This document shows positions 11,870-21,525 of a DNA stretch of 64,000 nucleotides, in pieces. Positions within the stretch are counted from its first letter, which is position 1; each line of letters begins with the position of its first letter. The DNA is from an uncultured Pseudomonadota bacterium (lineage in GTDB: Bacteria > Pseudomonadota > Gammaproteobacteria > Xanthomonadales > Rhodanobacteraceae). The notes beneath the pieces are model-generated. The model did no database searches. It had not been told where the DNA came from and was given only the letters and a program-made list of their open reading frames with translations. Location: the NCBI GenBank assembly GCA_963794205.1, contig CAWCCR010000007.1, positions 72,498-136,497 of the forward strand, written 5' to 3'. Both the position numbers and the translations under genes were made by a program.

Positions 11870-13853
11870 GGGTATCGTGCAGCCAACTTCCGGGATTGCC
11901 CGCCACGCGCGCTCGCCGCTTCAGGGCATGGTGGGATCCACCCTGCGCGCGATCGGCGTCAGCGACGGCCGCAGGCGCGCGCATGCCTGCGGAACATGGG
12001 CAACGTGGCTGGCCGATCGATCGGGCACTCTTTGGGCTGCACGCCTGGTCGGTCGCGGCTCGCGACGGACAATCCCCGGTATCGCGGGGCAGTGCGGACA
12101 ATTGGCCGGCCTGCTCGCAGCCCTGGCGCTGACGCTCCTGCTGGCTGGCTGCGGCGGTGGTTCCGGCCCATCGGCGACGAGTCCGGGTGGCGGCAGTCCC
12201 GGTGCATCCCCCCTGGTGCTCTCGGCGATGCCCTCCAGCCTGTCGGTGCCGGCCGGCGAATCGGCCGCTTTCACGCTCAGTGTCAGCCCGGCGTCCGCCA
12301 GTCCGGTGACGCTGACCCTGGTCAATGCCCCCGCGGGCGTGCAGCTTGCGGCAGGCACGGCCACGGCAGCAGGCTCAGGGCAGCAGAACGAGATGCTCGA
12401 TGTCGCGGCGACGGCGACGCCGGGAACCTATGCGATGACGCTGAGCGGCAGCAGCGGCAGCAGCGGCAGCGCGACGGCGACCACAGGACTCACGCTGCTG
12501 GTCGAGCCCGCGCTGCCGGCGTCGCTCGCGCAGCTCGAGCAAAGCACCTTCGAGTACTTCTGGAACACCACCAACCCGGCCAATGGCCTGGCGCCCGATC
12601 ACTACCCGGGATCGCCCTACGCCAGCATCGCCGCCACCGGCTTTGCGCTGACCGCCTACCCGATCGGCGTCGAGCGCGGCTGGATCACCCGCGCGCAAGC
12701 CGAACAGCGCGTGCTGACCACGCTGCAGTTCCTGGGCAACGCGCCGCAGGGGCCCGCCGCGAGCGGCGAGAGCGGGTACCAGGGCTTCTTCTACCACTTC
12801 CTCGATCTGAACACCGGCCAGCGCTGGCCGGGATCGGAGCTGTCCTCGATCGATACCGCGCTGCTGATGGCGGGCGTGCTGACCGACGAGAGCTACTTCA
12901 ACCAGAACAACAGCAGCGAGAACCAGATCCGCGCGCTGGCCGACCAGCTCTACCGCAACGTCAACTGGACCTGGATGCAGCCGGCCGCGCCGACGATCAG
13001 CCTGGGCTGGCTGCCGGAGTCGGGCTATCTGCCCTACAACTGGCAGGGTTACAACGAGGCGATGATCCTGTACATCGAGGCACTGGGCTCGCCCACCCAT
13101 CCGGTTTCCGCCAGTGCATGGACGGCGTGGACGGCGACCTATCCGAACACATGGGGCAGCTACTACGGGCGTCAGCAGCTGGGTTTCGCGCCGCTGTTCG
13201 GGCACCAGTACTCCCAGGCGTGGATCGATTTCCGCGGCATCCAGGATGCCTTCATGCGCGGGGTGGGCAGCGACTATTTCATCAACAGCGGACTGGCCAC
13301 CGAATCGCAGCGCGATTACGCCATCGCCAACCCGGGCCAGTGGGCCGGTTACGGCAGCGACCTGTGGGGATTGACCGCCTGCGACGGCCCCGGCAACTTC
13401 ACGTTGACCGACGGCAGCGGCCGGCAGCGCACGTTTTACGGTTATGCCGCACGTGGCGCTGCCATCACCGGCACGCTGGACGACGGCACCATCGCGCCGG
13501 CCGCGGCACTGGGGTCGATCGTCTTCGCGCCCGACATCGTCATCCCGATGGTGCAGGCGATGCAGGCCCGGTACGGCGCCTACATTCTCGGCGCCTACGG
13601 CGACTACGATGCGTTCAACCCCAGCTTCCAGTACGGCGGTGTCACTCCGGCCACGGGCGAAGTGGTGCCGGGCGTGGGCTGGGTGGATTCGCAGTACCTT
13701 GGCATTGACCAGGGCCCGATCCTGCTGATGCTGGAGAACTACCAGTCCGGCCTGGTCTGGAACGTGATGCACCAGAACCCGTATATCGATCTCGGACTCG
13801 AACGCGCCAACTTCACCGGCGGCTGGCTGGCCGGCACGCCGGCCGTGCAGTGA
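11862..13853 (+). CDS. GH144-like endo-beta-1,2-glucanase, lipoprotein with Ig-like N-domain (start uncertain)
   Basis: Lipobox LLAGC (Cys at 12150); TFEYFW, NGLAPD, GFFYHF, ELSSIDT, YNEAMILY, PLFGHQYS, LGIDQGPI. Confidence 0.8.
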   Translation: MPEGIVQPTSGIARHARSPLQGMVGSTLRAIGVSDGRRRAHACGTWATWLADRSGTLWAARLVGRGSRRTIPGIAGQCGQLAGLLAALALTLLLAGCGGGSGPSATSPGGGSPGASPLVLSAMPSSLSVPAGESAAFTLSVSPASASPVTLTLVNAPAGVQLAAGTATAAGSGQQNEMLDVAATATPGTYAMTLSGSSGSSGSATATTGLTLLVEPALPASLAQLEQSTFEYFWNTTNPANGLAPDHYPGSPYASIAATGFALTAYPIGVERGWITRAQAEQRVLTTLQFLGNAPQGPAASGESGYQGFFYHFLDLNTGQRWPGSELSSIDTALLMAGVLTDESYFNQNNSSENQIRALADQLYRNVNWTWMQPAAPTISLGWLPESGYLPYNWQGYNEAMILYIEALGSPTHPVSASAWTAWTATYPNTWGSYYGRQQLGFAPLFGHQYSQAWIDFRGIQDAFMRGVGSDYFINSGLATESQRDYAIANPGQWAGYGSDLWGLTACDGPGNFTLTDGSGRQRTFYGYAARGAAITGTLDDGTIAPAAALGSIVFAPDIVIPMVQAMQARYGAYILGAYGDYDAFNPSFQYGGVTPATGEVVPGVGWVDSQYLGIDQGPILLMLENYQSGLVWNVMHQNPYIDLGLERANFTGGWLAGTPAVQ

Positions 13854-14072
13854 GCCTGCCTGATGAACCATCCATTCCGTCCTGACCCCGTTCGTGCGCA
13901 CGAGGCGGCCTCGATCATCGGCCGGGTCACTCGCGGCACGGCACCGCCGACGTCGATCGAAGGCCGTCGTTCGCACGCGCCGACCGGCGCCGATGCGGAC
14001 CCGGTTCCGCCGCGCGGCCGGGGCCGCTTGTCCTGCATTCCGCCATCACCATCACCTGCGACGAGGTTCCTG

Positions 14073-15533
14073 ATGCGATCGCTGCTCTTGCTGTTGACCC
14101 TCGGTCTTGCGGGCCTCGCGCCGCCTGCCATCGCCCGGACCCTGCCGGCGGGGCGCCCGGTCGTGGATGCGGCCGCGGCTGCATCGCGGCCGTTGCCGGC
14201 GTTCATCGATCAGCTCGAACGGCGCACATTCGATTACTTCTGGGACACCGCCAATCCTGCCAACGGCCTGGTGCCGGATCGCTGGCCGGGCCCGTCGGCA
14301 TGCAGCATCGCAGCGGTGGGCTTTGCGCTGACGGCCTATCCGATCGGCGTGGAGCGCGGTTACGTCACGCGGGCGCAGGCCGTTCAGCGTGTGCTGGTCA
14401 CGCTGCGCTTCTTCGCCCACGCGCCGCAGGGACCGCAGCCGCAAGGGGTTACGGGTTACAAGGGTTTCTTTTATCACTTTCTCGACATGCGCAGCGGAGT
14501 GCGAACGTCGGACTCGGAGCTGTCCACCGTGGATACCGCGCTGCTGCTGGCAGGCGTGCTGGCCGATCGCGACTATTTCGATCGTGCCACGCCCCAGGAG
14601 CGCGAGATCCGGGCGCTGGCCAATGCGATCGACCGGCGTGTGGACTGGCGCTGGGCCTCGCCGCGGGCGCCGCTGGTCGCAATGGGCTGGACGCCGGAGG
14701 GCGGCTTCATCCCCCACGAGTGGCAGGGCTATGACGAGGCGATGATCCTGTACATCGAGGCCCTGGGCTCGCCCACTCACGCCGTCGCGCCCGCCGCATG
14801 GCCGGCATGGACGGCTACCTACAACCGCACCTGGGGCCGGTTCCAGGGCCAGACGTATCTCGGCTTCGGGCCGCTGTTCGGCTATCAGTACAGCCAGTCG
14901 TGGGTGGATTTCCGCGGCATTCGCGATGCCTGGATGCGGGCCCATGACCTGGACTATTTCGAGAACAGCCGTCGCGCCACGCTGGCGCAGCATGCCTACG
15001 CCATCGCCAACCCCATGGGCTGGCGCGGCTATGACAAGGACATCTGGGGCCTGACCGCGAGCGACGGGCCGGCGGATTACACCCACTTCATGCCGCCCTG
15101 GCATCTGCGCCATTTCCGCGGCTACAGCGCGCGCGGCGTGGACATCCGCGGCGGTTTCGACGACGGCACGCTCGCGCCGACCGCGATGGTGTCGTCGATC
15201 GCCTTCGCGCCGGAACTGGTGATCCCCTCGATCGAGTCGCTCGACCGGCGCTACGGACGCTGGATCTACGGCAAGTACGGCTTCGTCGACGCCTTCAATC
15301 CCAGCTTCGACTACGACGTGACGTTGCGTACGGGTCGCCTGGTGCCCGGCGTCGGCTGGGTGGACAGCGACTACCTGGGCATCGACCAGGGACCGATCCT
15401 GCTGATGCTGGAGAACTACCGCTCCGGATTCATCTGGCGCCTGATGCGGGCGGATCCCGATCTGCGCCGCGGCCTGGAGCGTGCCGGATTCAGCGGCGGC
15501 TGGCTGCGGCCGGCGAGCGCGGTGGTGCGCTGA
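14073..15533 (+). CDS. GH144-like endo-beta-1,2-glucanase, secreted/periplasmic
   Basis: Sec signal MRSLLLLLTLGLAGLAPPAIA; same motifs as the upstream paralog (TFDYFW, GFFYHF, ELSTVDT, YDEAMILY, WGLTASDGP, LGIDQGPI). Confidence 0.85.
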   Translation: MRSLLLLLTLGLAGLAPPAIARTLPAGRPVVDAAAAASRPLPAFIDQLERRTFDYFWDTANPANGLVPDRWPGPSACSIAAVGFALTAYPIGVERGYVTRAQAVQRVLVTLRFFAHAPQGPQPQGVTGYKGFFYHFLDMRSGVRTSDSELSTVDTALLLAGVLADRDYFDRATPQEREIRALANAIDRRVDWRWASPRAPLVAMGWTPEGGFIPHEWQGYDEAMILYIEALGSPTHAVAPAAWPAWTATYNRTWGRFQGQTYLGFGPLFGYQYSQSWVDFRGIRDAWMRAHDLDYFENSRRATLAQHAYAIANPMGWRGYDKDIWGLTASDGPADYTHFMPPWHLRHFRGYSARGVDIRGGFDDGTLAPTAMVSSIAFAPELVIPSIESLDRRYGRWIYGKYGFVDAFNPSFDYDVTLRTGRLVPGVGWVDSDYLGIDQGPILLMLENYRSGFIWRLMRADPDLRRGLERAGFSGGWLRPASAVVR

Positions 15534-15686
15534 GTGGATCGCGCCGGCATGCCCGCTCCAGCTCCCGCTCCGGCTCCCGGTCCAGGCCCCGGCACCCGCC
15601 GCATCGCGCCGGCGCGGGTCGTGGTGGCCGCTGCGCGCCGGCGCGGCTGGTTGCCGGCGCTGGCCGCAACATGCTCCGCCAGCCGC

Positions 15687-16958
15687 ATGCGCTGGCGTCG
15701 CTGGCGCATCCTGCTGCTGATCCTGCTGCTCCCAGGCTGCGCACGGACGCCCGCGGACCAGCGCGAGCTGGTGCGCTTCTGGGCGATGGGTCGCGAAGGA
15801 CTGGTGGCGCAGCAACTGGTCGCCGGCTTCGAGCGTCTGCACCCTGGCATCCGCGTCGAGGTGCAGCAATTGCCCTGGACCGCCGCGCACGCGAAATTGC
15901 TGACCGCGGTCGCCGGAGGCACCACGCCGGACGTGGGCCAGATGGGCAACACCTGGATCCCGGAGATGGCGGCCCTGCACGCGCTGCTGCCGCTGGACAC
16001 GCAAATCGCCGCGTCCCGGCGGATCCAGCCGGGCGACTACTTCCGCGGCATCTGGGCCAGCAACGTGATCGGCGGCCATGTGTACGGCGTGCCGTGGTAC
16101 GTGGACACGCGGTTGTTGTTCTACCGCCGCGACCTGCTGGCGGCTGCGGGCTTCGACCGGCCGCCGCGCACCTGGGCCGAGTGGACGCGCATGCTGGCCG
16201 CGCTCAAGGCCCGCGCCGCGCCCGGCGATTACGCGATCCTGCTGCCGTTGAACGAATTCGAGCCGCTGCTCTCGCTGGCGCTGGAGGAGCCGCAGCCGTT
16301 GCTGCGCGATCACGACCAGTACGGCAATTTCCGGAATCCGGGCAACCGGCAGGCACTGCGCTTCTACCTGCGGATGTTCCGCGAGGGCTACGCCCCGCGC
16401 ATCGACAATACCCAGGTGCCCAATGTGCCGGCTGAGTTCGGGCGTGGTCACTTCGTCTTCTATATTTCCGGACCGTGGATGATCCAGGAGTTCGAGCAGC
16501 GGATGCCGGCCGCGGTGCGCAACCAGTGGATGACCGCGCCGCTGCCGGGCCCGGATGGGCCCGGCTCGGGCATTGCCGGCGGTGCGAGCCTGGTGCTGTT
16601 CAAACATGCCGAGCACAAGCGGGCGGCGTGGGAACTGATCGAATACCTGTCGCAGCCGGCGATCCAGGCGCAGTTCCACGCCCTGACCGGTGACCTGCCG
16701 CCGCGCCGTGCGAGCTGGGCGCTGCCGGGCATCGCCAACGATCCCTACGCGCAGGCCTTCCGCGCGCAGCTCGAACGCGCGCGCGCCGTGCCCAGGGTGC
16801 CGGAGTGGGAGGAGATCGTCAACGAGATGCAGGTGATCGCGGCGCGTGCGGCCTTCGGGCGCATGGATGTCGCGGCGGCGACCGCCGCGATGGACCGGCG
16901 TACCGACGCCATCCTCGCCAAGCGCCGCTGGATGCTGCACCGTGGGACCGTGCCGTGA
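15687..16958 (+). CDS. Sugar ABC transporter substrate-binding lipoprotein
   Basis: Lipobox LLPGC; PDVGQMGNTW, YGVPWYVDTRLLFYRRD, ISGPW. Confidence 0.9.
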   Translation: MRWRRWRILLLILLLPGCARTPADQRELVRFWAMGREGLVAQQLVAGFERLHPGIRVEVQQLPWTAAHAKLLTAVAGGTTPDVGQMGNTWIPEMAALHALLPLDTQIAASRRIQPGDYFRGIWASNVIGGHVYGVPWYVDTRLLFYRRDLLAAAGFDRPPRTWAEWTRMLAALKARAAPGDYAILLPLNEFEPLLSLALEEPQPLLRDHDQYGNFRNPGNRQALRFYLRMFREGYAPRIDNTQVPNVPAEFGRGHFVFYISGPWMIQEFEQRMPAAVRNQWMTAPLPGPDGPGSGIAGGASLVLFKHAEHKRAAWELIEYLSQPAIQAQFHALTGDLPPRRASWALPGIANDPYAQAFRAQLERARAVPRVPEWEEIVNEMQVIAARAAFGRMDVAAATAAMDRRTDAILAKRRWMLHRGTVP

Positions 16959-17837
16959 GGCGCGGCGCGCTCGCGGGCTGGATTTTCACCGCACCCGCCC
17001 TGGCGGTGCTCGCGGTGTTCTTCCTGCTGCCGGTGCTGGCGGCCTTCGGCCTCAGCCTGACCGACTTCGACATCTACGCGCTCGCCAACCTGCACAACGT
17101 GCGCTTCGTCGGCTTGGACAACTACGCGGCGGTGCTGCACATGCCGCTGTTCTGGAAGGCGCTGGGCAACACGCTGTACTTCGTGGTCGTCGGCGTGCCG
17201 TTGTCGCTGGCGGCCTCGCTCGCGGCCGCGCTGCTGCTGCACTCGCGTCTGGCGCGCTGGAAGGGATTCTTCCGCATGGCGCTGTTCACCCCGGTGGTGA
17301 CCACGCTGGTCGCGGTCGCGGTGATCTGGCGCTATCTGTTCCAGACGCGCTACGGCCTGGTCAACTACGCGCTGGGCTGGTTCGGCATCCATCCCGTCGA
17401 CTGGCTCGGCGATCCGCGACTGGCGATGCCGACCATCATCCTGTTCGCGGTGTGGAAGAACTTCGGCTACAACATGATCATCTTCCTCGCCGGGCTGCAG
17501 GTCCTGCCGGCCGAGCTCTACGAGGCGGCGCGGCTCGACGGCGCCTCGGCGTGGGCGCAACTGCGCCACATCACCCTGCCGCTGCTGGGGCCGACGCTGA
17601 TGACTGGTAAGCATGCTCACCATGATCGGTTACTTCCAGCTGTTCGCCGAGCCCTACGTGATGACCCAGGGCGGTCCGCTGCAGAGCACCGTGAGCGTGC
17701 TTTATCTGCTGTACGAGGAGGGCTTCAACTGGTGGAATCTGGGGCTCGCCTCGGCGATCGCCTTCGTGCTGTTCGCGCTGACGCTGGCCGTGACCTGGAT
17801 CCTGCTGTGGTTCGGCCGGCGCAGGGGCTACGCATGA
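16955..17837 (+). CDS. Sugar ABC permease (MalF-like), +1 frameshift near 17603
   Basis: FVGLDNY, EAA motif ELYEAARLDGA; C-terminus FQLFAEPYVMTQGGP continues in a shifted frame (17613-17837). Confidence 0.85.
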
Positions 17838-18655
17838 AGCCGCGCCCGGCCTCGATCGCGGTCAACGGCCTGCTCGCGCTGGGTGCGGCGCTGACCCTGT
17901 TTCCGCTGCTGTGGATGCTGTCGGTGTCGTTGATGCCGATCGGCTCGGCCAACAGTTTTCCGCCGCCACTGCTGCCGCTGCATCCGACGCTGGACAACTA
18001 CCGCACCCTGTTCGAGCGCGCCGATCTCGGACGCTTCCTGTTCAACAGTCTGCTGGTATCGACCGGCATCACGCTCGTGTCGCTGGCCTGCAATCTGCTC
18101 GCGGGCTACGCTTTCGCCAAGTTGCGCTTCGCCGGCCGCGAGCGCCTGTTCGGCCTGCTGCTGGCGGCGCTGGTGATTCCCTCGCAGGTGGCGATGATGC
18201 CGCTGTTCCTGCTGGCGCGGCTGCTCGGCCTCGTCAACAGCTACGCCGGCGTGATCGTGCCCTCGCTGGCCAGCATCTTCGGCATCTTCCTGGTGCGCCA
18301 GTTCGCGCGCGCGATTCCCGACGAGCTGCTCGAGGCCGCGCGCATCGACGGCGCCGGCGAATGGCGCATCTTCCGCAGCGTGGTGCTGCCGCTGTTGCGG
18401 CCGATCATCGTGACCCTCGCGGTGTTCACTTTCCTCGCTGCCTGGAACGACTTCATGTGGCCGCTGATCGTGCTGACCGGCAAGGATCACTTCACCCTGC
18501 CGATCGCGCTGGCGTCACTCTCGCGCGAGCACGTGCAGGACATCGAGCTGATGATGGCCGGCTCGGTGGTGACGGTGCTGCCGGTGTTGCTGCTGTTTCT
18601 CGGCCTGCAGCGCTACTACATCAGCGGCCTGCTGCTCGGCAGCGTCAAGGGATGA
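17834..18655 (+). CDS. Sugar ABC permease (MalG-like)
   Basis: AGYAFAKLRF, ELLEAARIDGA, WNDFMWPL, LQRYYISG; ATGA overlaps at both ends. Confidence 0.92.
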   Translation: MKPRPASIAVNGLLALGAALTLFPLLWMLSVSLMPIGSANSFPPPLLPLHPTLDNYRTLFERADLGRFLFNSLLVSTGITLVSLACNLLAGYAFAKLRFAGRERLFGLLLAALVIPSQVAMMPLFLLARLLGLVNSYAGVIVPSLASIFGIFLVRQFARAIPDELLEAARIDGAGEWRIFRSVVLPLLRPIIVTLAVFTFLAAWNDFMWPLIVLTGKDHFTLPIALASLSREHVQDIELMMAGSVVTVLPVLLLFLGLQRYYISGLLLGSVKG

Positions 18656-21507
18656 GCGCGGGAATGGATCACGGCCGCGGATTCCGGCAGCGCCGATACG
18701 GAGCCCGCTGCGGCTGCGCGCTGGCGCTGCTGTTCGCCGCCGCCGGTGTCGCGAACGCAGGCACCGCAGAGCCGCTCGCGGGTTTTGCCGATCCCGGCGC
18801 CTGGCAGGTCCAGGCCAGCGACGACGTGCACGCCGCTCTGCGCGCCGCCGACAACGGGCGGGGCGGCAGGGCGCTGTGCCTCGATTACCGCTTTCCGCCC
18901 GGCGTGGCCGGCTACGCCACGATGCGCCGCCCGCTGCCGCTCGATTTCCCGGCGCATTACGCGCTGCAGCTGGGTCTGCGCGGTGCAGGTCCGGTCAACG
19001 GTCTGCAGCTGAAGTTCGTCGATGCCAGCGGCTGGAACGTCTGGTGGTACCAGCAGCCGGCGTTCGCGGCCCCGGCACGATGGACCACGCTGGCGATTCC
19101 GCAGCGCGAAGTAAGCTTCGCCTGGGGGCCGGACAAGGATCACACGCTCCGCCATGCGGCGTCGCTGGAGCTGACCATCGCCGCGGTGCACGGCGGCCAC
19201 GGCGCGATGTGCTTCGACCGTCTCGCGCTGACGCGCGTGCCGGCGTCGCCGGCGCGCAGCCCGGAGTCTCCGGCTGCGCGTCCCGTGACGCCTGCCGCCC
19301 TGCTGCAGACGCTGTCCCGGCGGGCGCCGCGCGGCGCGTATCCGCGGGGTTTCTCCGGCGAGCAGGACTACTGGACCGTTGTCGGCGTGGATGGCGGCCG
19401 TCAGACCGCGCTGTTCTCCGCCGATGGGCGCCTCGAGCCGTTCAAGGGCGGCTGGTCGGTCGAGCCGTTTCTGCTGACGGCACAGGGCCTGATCGATTGG
19501 GCTGACGTCCAGCCGATGCAAAGGCTGCGCGACGGCTACTTGCCCGTGCCCAGTGTCATCTGGCGCAAGGGGCCGATCGATCTCGAGGTCACCGCCTTCG
19601 GCACTGGCACGCCCGCACGGGCGCAGCTGCTGGCGCGCTACACCGTGCGCAACACCGGTGCTGTGCCGCAACGCGTGACGCTGGCGCTGGCGGTGCGGCC
19701 GCTGCAGGTCAATCCGCCCACGCAGTTCCTCAACACGCCCGGCGGTTTCGGGCCGATCCATGCCATCCGCTACGCCGCCGGCGAGGTCACGCTCAACGGT
19801 GATCAGCAGCTGGTGACGCTGGGCGCGCCATCCGGCTTCGTCGTTGGCAGCCTGGCGCGGCAGACGCTGCCGCAGCTGCTGACGCAGGCGCCCCGGCAGC
19901 AAGTCGAGAGGCTGCAGGATGATGGCCTCGCCCAGGGCGCGCTGCTCTATTCGCTGGATTTGCCGCCGCATGGCGAGCGCAGCATCGGTATCGCCATTCC
20001 CTGGACCGGCGCCAGCCCTGCGCCGCTGGTCAGCGCCGCGGCTGCGGCGCGCGTGCTGCAGATGGACGAGGACGCCGTCACGGTCGCCTGGCAGGCGCGA
20101 CTCGGGCACGTGCGGGTGCGGTTGCCGCGCGTGGCGCGACGTTTCCAGGACACGCTCTCCAGCGCGCTGGCGCAGATCCTGCTCGATCGCGACGGCGTCG
20201 CACTGCAGCCCGGTACGCGCTCCTACGCGCGCAGCTGGATCCGCGACGGGGCGATGATGAGCGAGGCCCTGCTGCGGATGGGCGACGCAGCGGCCGTGCG
20301 CGACTATCTGCTCTGGTATGCGCCGCACCAGTTCAGCACCGGCAAGGTGCCATGCTGCGTGGACTGGAAGGGGGCCGACCCGACGCCCGAAAACGACTCG
20401 CAGGGAGAACTCGTTTTCGCCATCGCCGAGTACACGCGCTACACCCATGACCTCGGCCTCGCGCGCCGGCTCTGGCCACACGTCGAGGCCGTGGTGCGCT
20501 ACATGAACCAGCTGCGCGACACGCAGAAAACCGCGCCCTACCTGCATGGCGAGCACAGGCTGTTCTACGGCCTGATGCCACGATCAATCAGCCACGAGGG
20601 CTACTCGGCCAAGCCCATGCACTCGTACTGGGATGACTTCTGGTCGCTGCGCGGTTACCGCGACGCGGCCTGGCTGGCGCAGCAGCTCGGTCATGCGCGG
20701 CAGGCGCAGGCCTTTGCGGGCGATGCGGCTGATTTCCAGAAAGACTTCTTTGCCTCGATCCGCAATGCCGCGCGCCGGCACCACATCCGCTACATCGCCG
20801 GCAGCGCCGACCTCGGCGATTTCGATCCCACCTCGACCACCATCGCGCTGTCGCCCACGGGCGTGCAGAGCGAACTGCCGCAGGCCCTGCTGCACGACAC
20901 CTTCGCGCGTTACTGGCGCAACTTCCAGGCGCGCGCCGATCACCACACTCCGTGGCAGAGCTACACACCCTACGAATGGCGCAATGTCGATGCCTTCGTA
21001 CGCCTGGGGTGGCGCGATCGCATTCCCGCGCTGCTGCAGTTTTTCTTCGCCGGCCAGCGGCCCGCGGCCTGGAACCAGTGGGCCGAGGTGGTCTGGCACG
21101 ACGCCGACGCACCGCACTTCATCGGCGACATGCCGCACGGCTGGGTGGCCAGCGACTTCCTGCGCAGCGCGCTCGACATGCTGGCCTACCAGCGCCACCG
21201 CGACCATGCCCTGGTGCTGGCCGCCGGCGTGCCGCCGGCCTGGCTCGACGGCGGCGGCATCCGTGTCGAGGACCTGCGCACGCCCTGGGGCCCGCTCAGT
21301 TACACCCTGCGCCGCCGGTCCGATGGCTCGGTGGTGCTCGATGTGCCCGCCGGGAGCGCGCTGCCGCCCGGAGGGCTGGTGCTCACCTGGCCTTACGGCA
21401 TGGCACCGGGTGCGACGCGGGTAAACGGCGCGATGGCGTTGTGGCGCGCTGGGGAATTGCGGATCGCGCAGGTGCCGGCGCGCGTCGATATCGAGGCGCG
21501 GCCCTGA
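18652..21507 (+). CDS. Secreted multidomain protein: CBM-like N-domain plus putative (alpha/alpha)6 glycoside hydrolase
   Basis: Signal-like N-terminus; beta-sandwich-like region; QPGTRSYARSWIRDG, ENDSQGE, SISHEGY, YWDDFW, YTPYE, WNQWAEV, GDMPHGW; translationally coupled to the ABC genes. Confidence 0.7.
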   Translation: MSAGMDHGRGFRQRRYGARCGCALALLFAAAGVANAGTAEPLAGFADPGAWQVQASDDVHAALRAADNGRGGRALCLDYRFPPGVAGYATMRRPLPLDFPAHYALQLGLRGAGPVNGLQLKFVDASGWNVWWYQQPAFAAPARWTTLAIPQREVSFAWGPDKDHTLRHAASLELTIAAVHGGHGAMCFDRLALTRVPASPARSPESPAARPVTPAALLQTLSRRAPRGAYPRGFSGEQDYWTVVGVDGGRQTALFSADGRLEPFKGGWSVEPFLLTAQGLIDWADVQPMQRLRDGYLPVPSVIWRKGPIDLEVTAFGTGTPARAQLLARYTVRNTGAVPQRVTLALAVRPLQVNPPTQFLNTPGGFGPIHAIRYAAGEVTLNGDQQLVTLGAPSGFVVGSLARQTLPQLLTQAPRQQVERLQDDGLAQGALLYSLDLPPHGERSIGIAIPWTGASPAPLVSAAAAARVLQMDEDAVTVAWQARLGHVRVRLPRVARRFQDTLSSALAQILLDRDGVALQPGTRSYARSWIRDGAMMSEALLRMGDAAAVRDYLLWYAPHQFSTGKVPCCVDWKGADPTPENDSQGELVFAIAEYTRYTHDLGLARRLWPHVEAVVRYMNQLRDTQKTAPYLHGEHRLFYGLMPRSISHEGYSAKPMHSYWDDFWSLRGYRDAAWLAQQLGHARQAQAFAGDAADFQKDFFASIRNAARRHHIRYIAGSADLGDFDPTSTTIALSPTGVQSELPQALLHDTFARYWRNFQARADHHTPWQSYTPYEWRNVDAFVRLGWRDRIPALLQFFFAGQRPAAWNQWAEVVWHDADAPHFIGDMPHGWVASDFLRSALDMLAYQRHRDHALVLAAGVPPAWLDGGGIRVEDLRTPWGPLSYTLRRRSDGSVVLDVPAGSALPPGGLVLTWPYGMAPGATRVNGAMALWRAGELRIAQVPARVDIEARP

Positions 21508-21525
21508 AGCAGACAGGTGGCGGAA

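Noticed and set aside
12444-12470. AGCGGCAGC x3 repeat
   Set aside because: In-frame Ser/Gly linker within the GH144 lipoprotein.
15550-15592. 6-bp periodic tract (would encode PAPAPAPGPGPG) before the binding-protein gene
   Set aside because: Short, degenerate, low-complexity sequence; not a CRISPR array or a clean phase-variable repeat.
14052-16940. Very long antisense and alternate-frame ORFs (e.g. 14052-16940, 42872-46189, 26133-28799, 39514-41763)
   Set aside because: They are shadows of real genes caused by high GC and strong codon bias, and contain no recognisable motifs.
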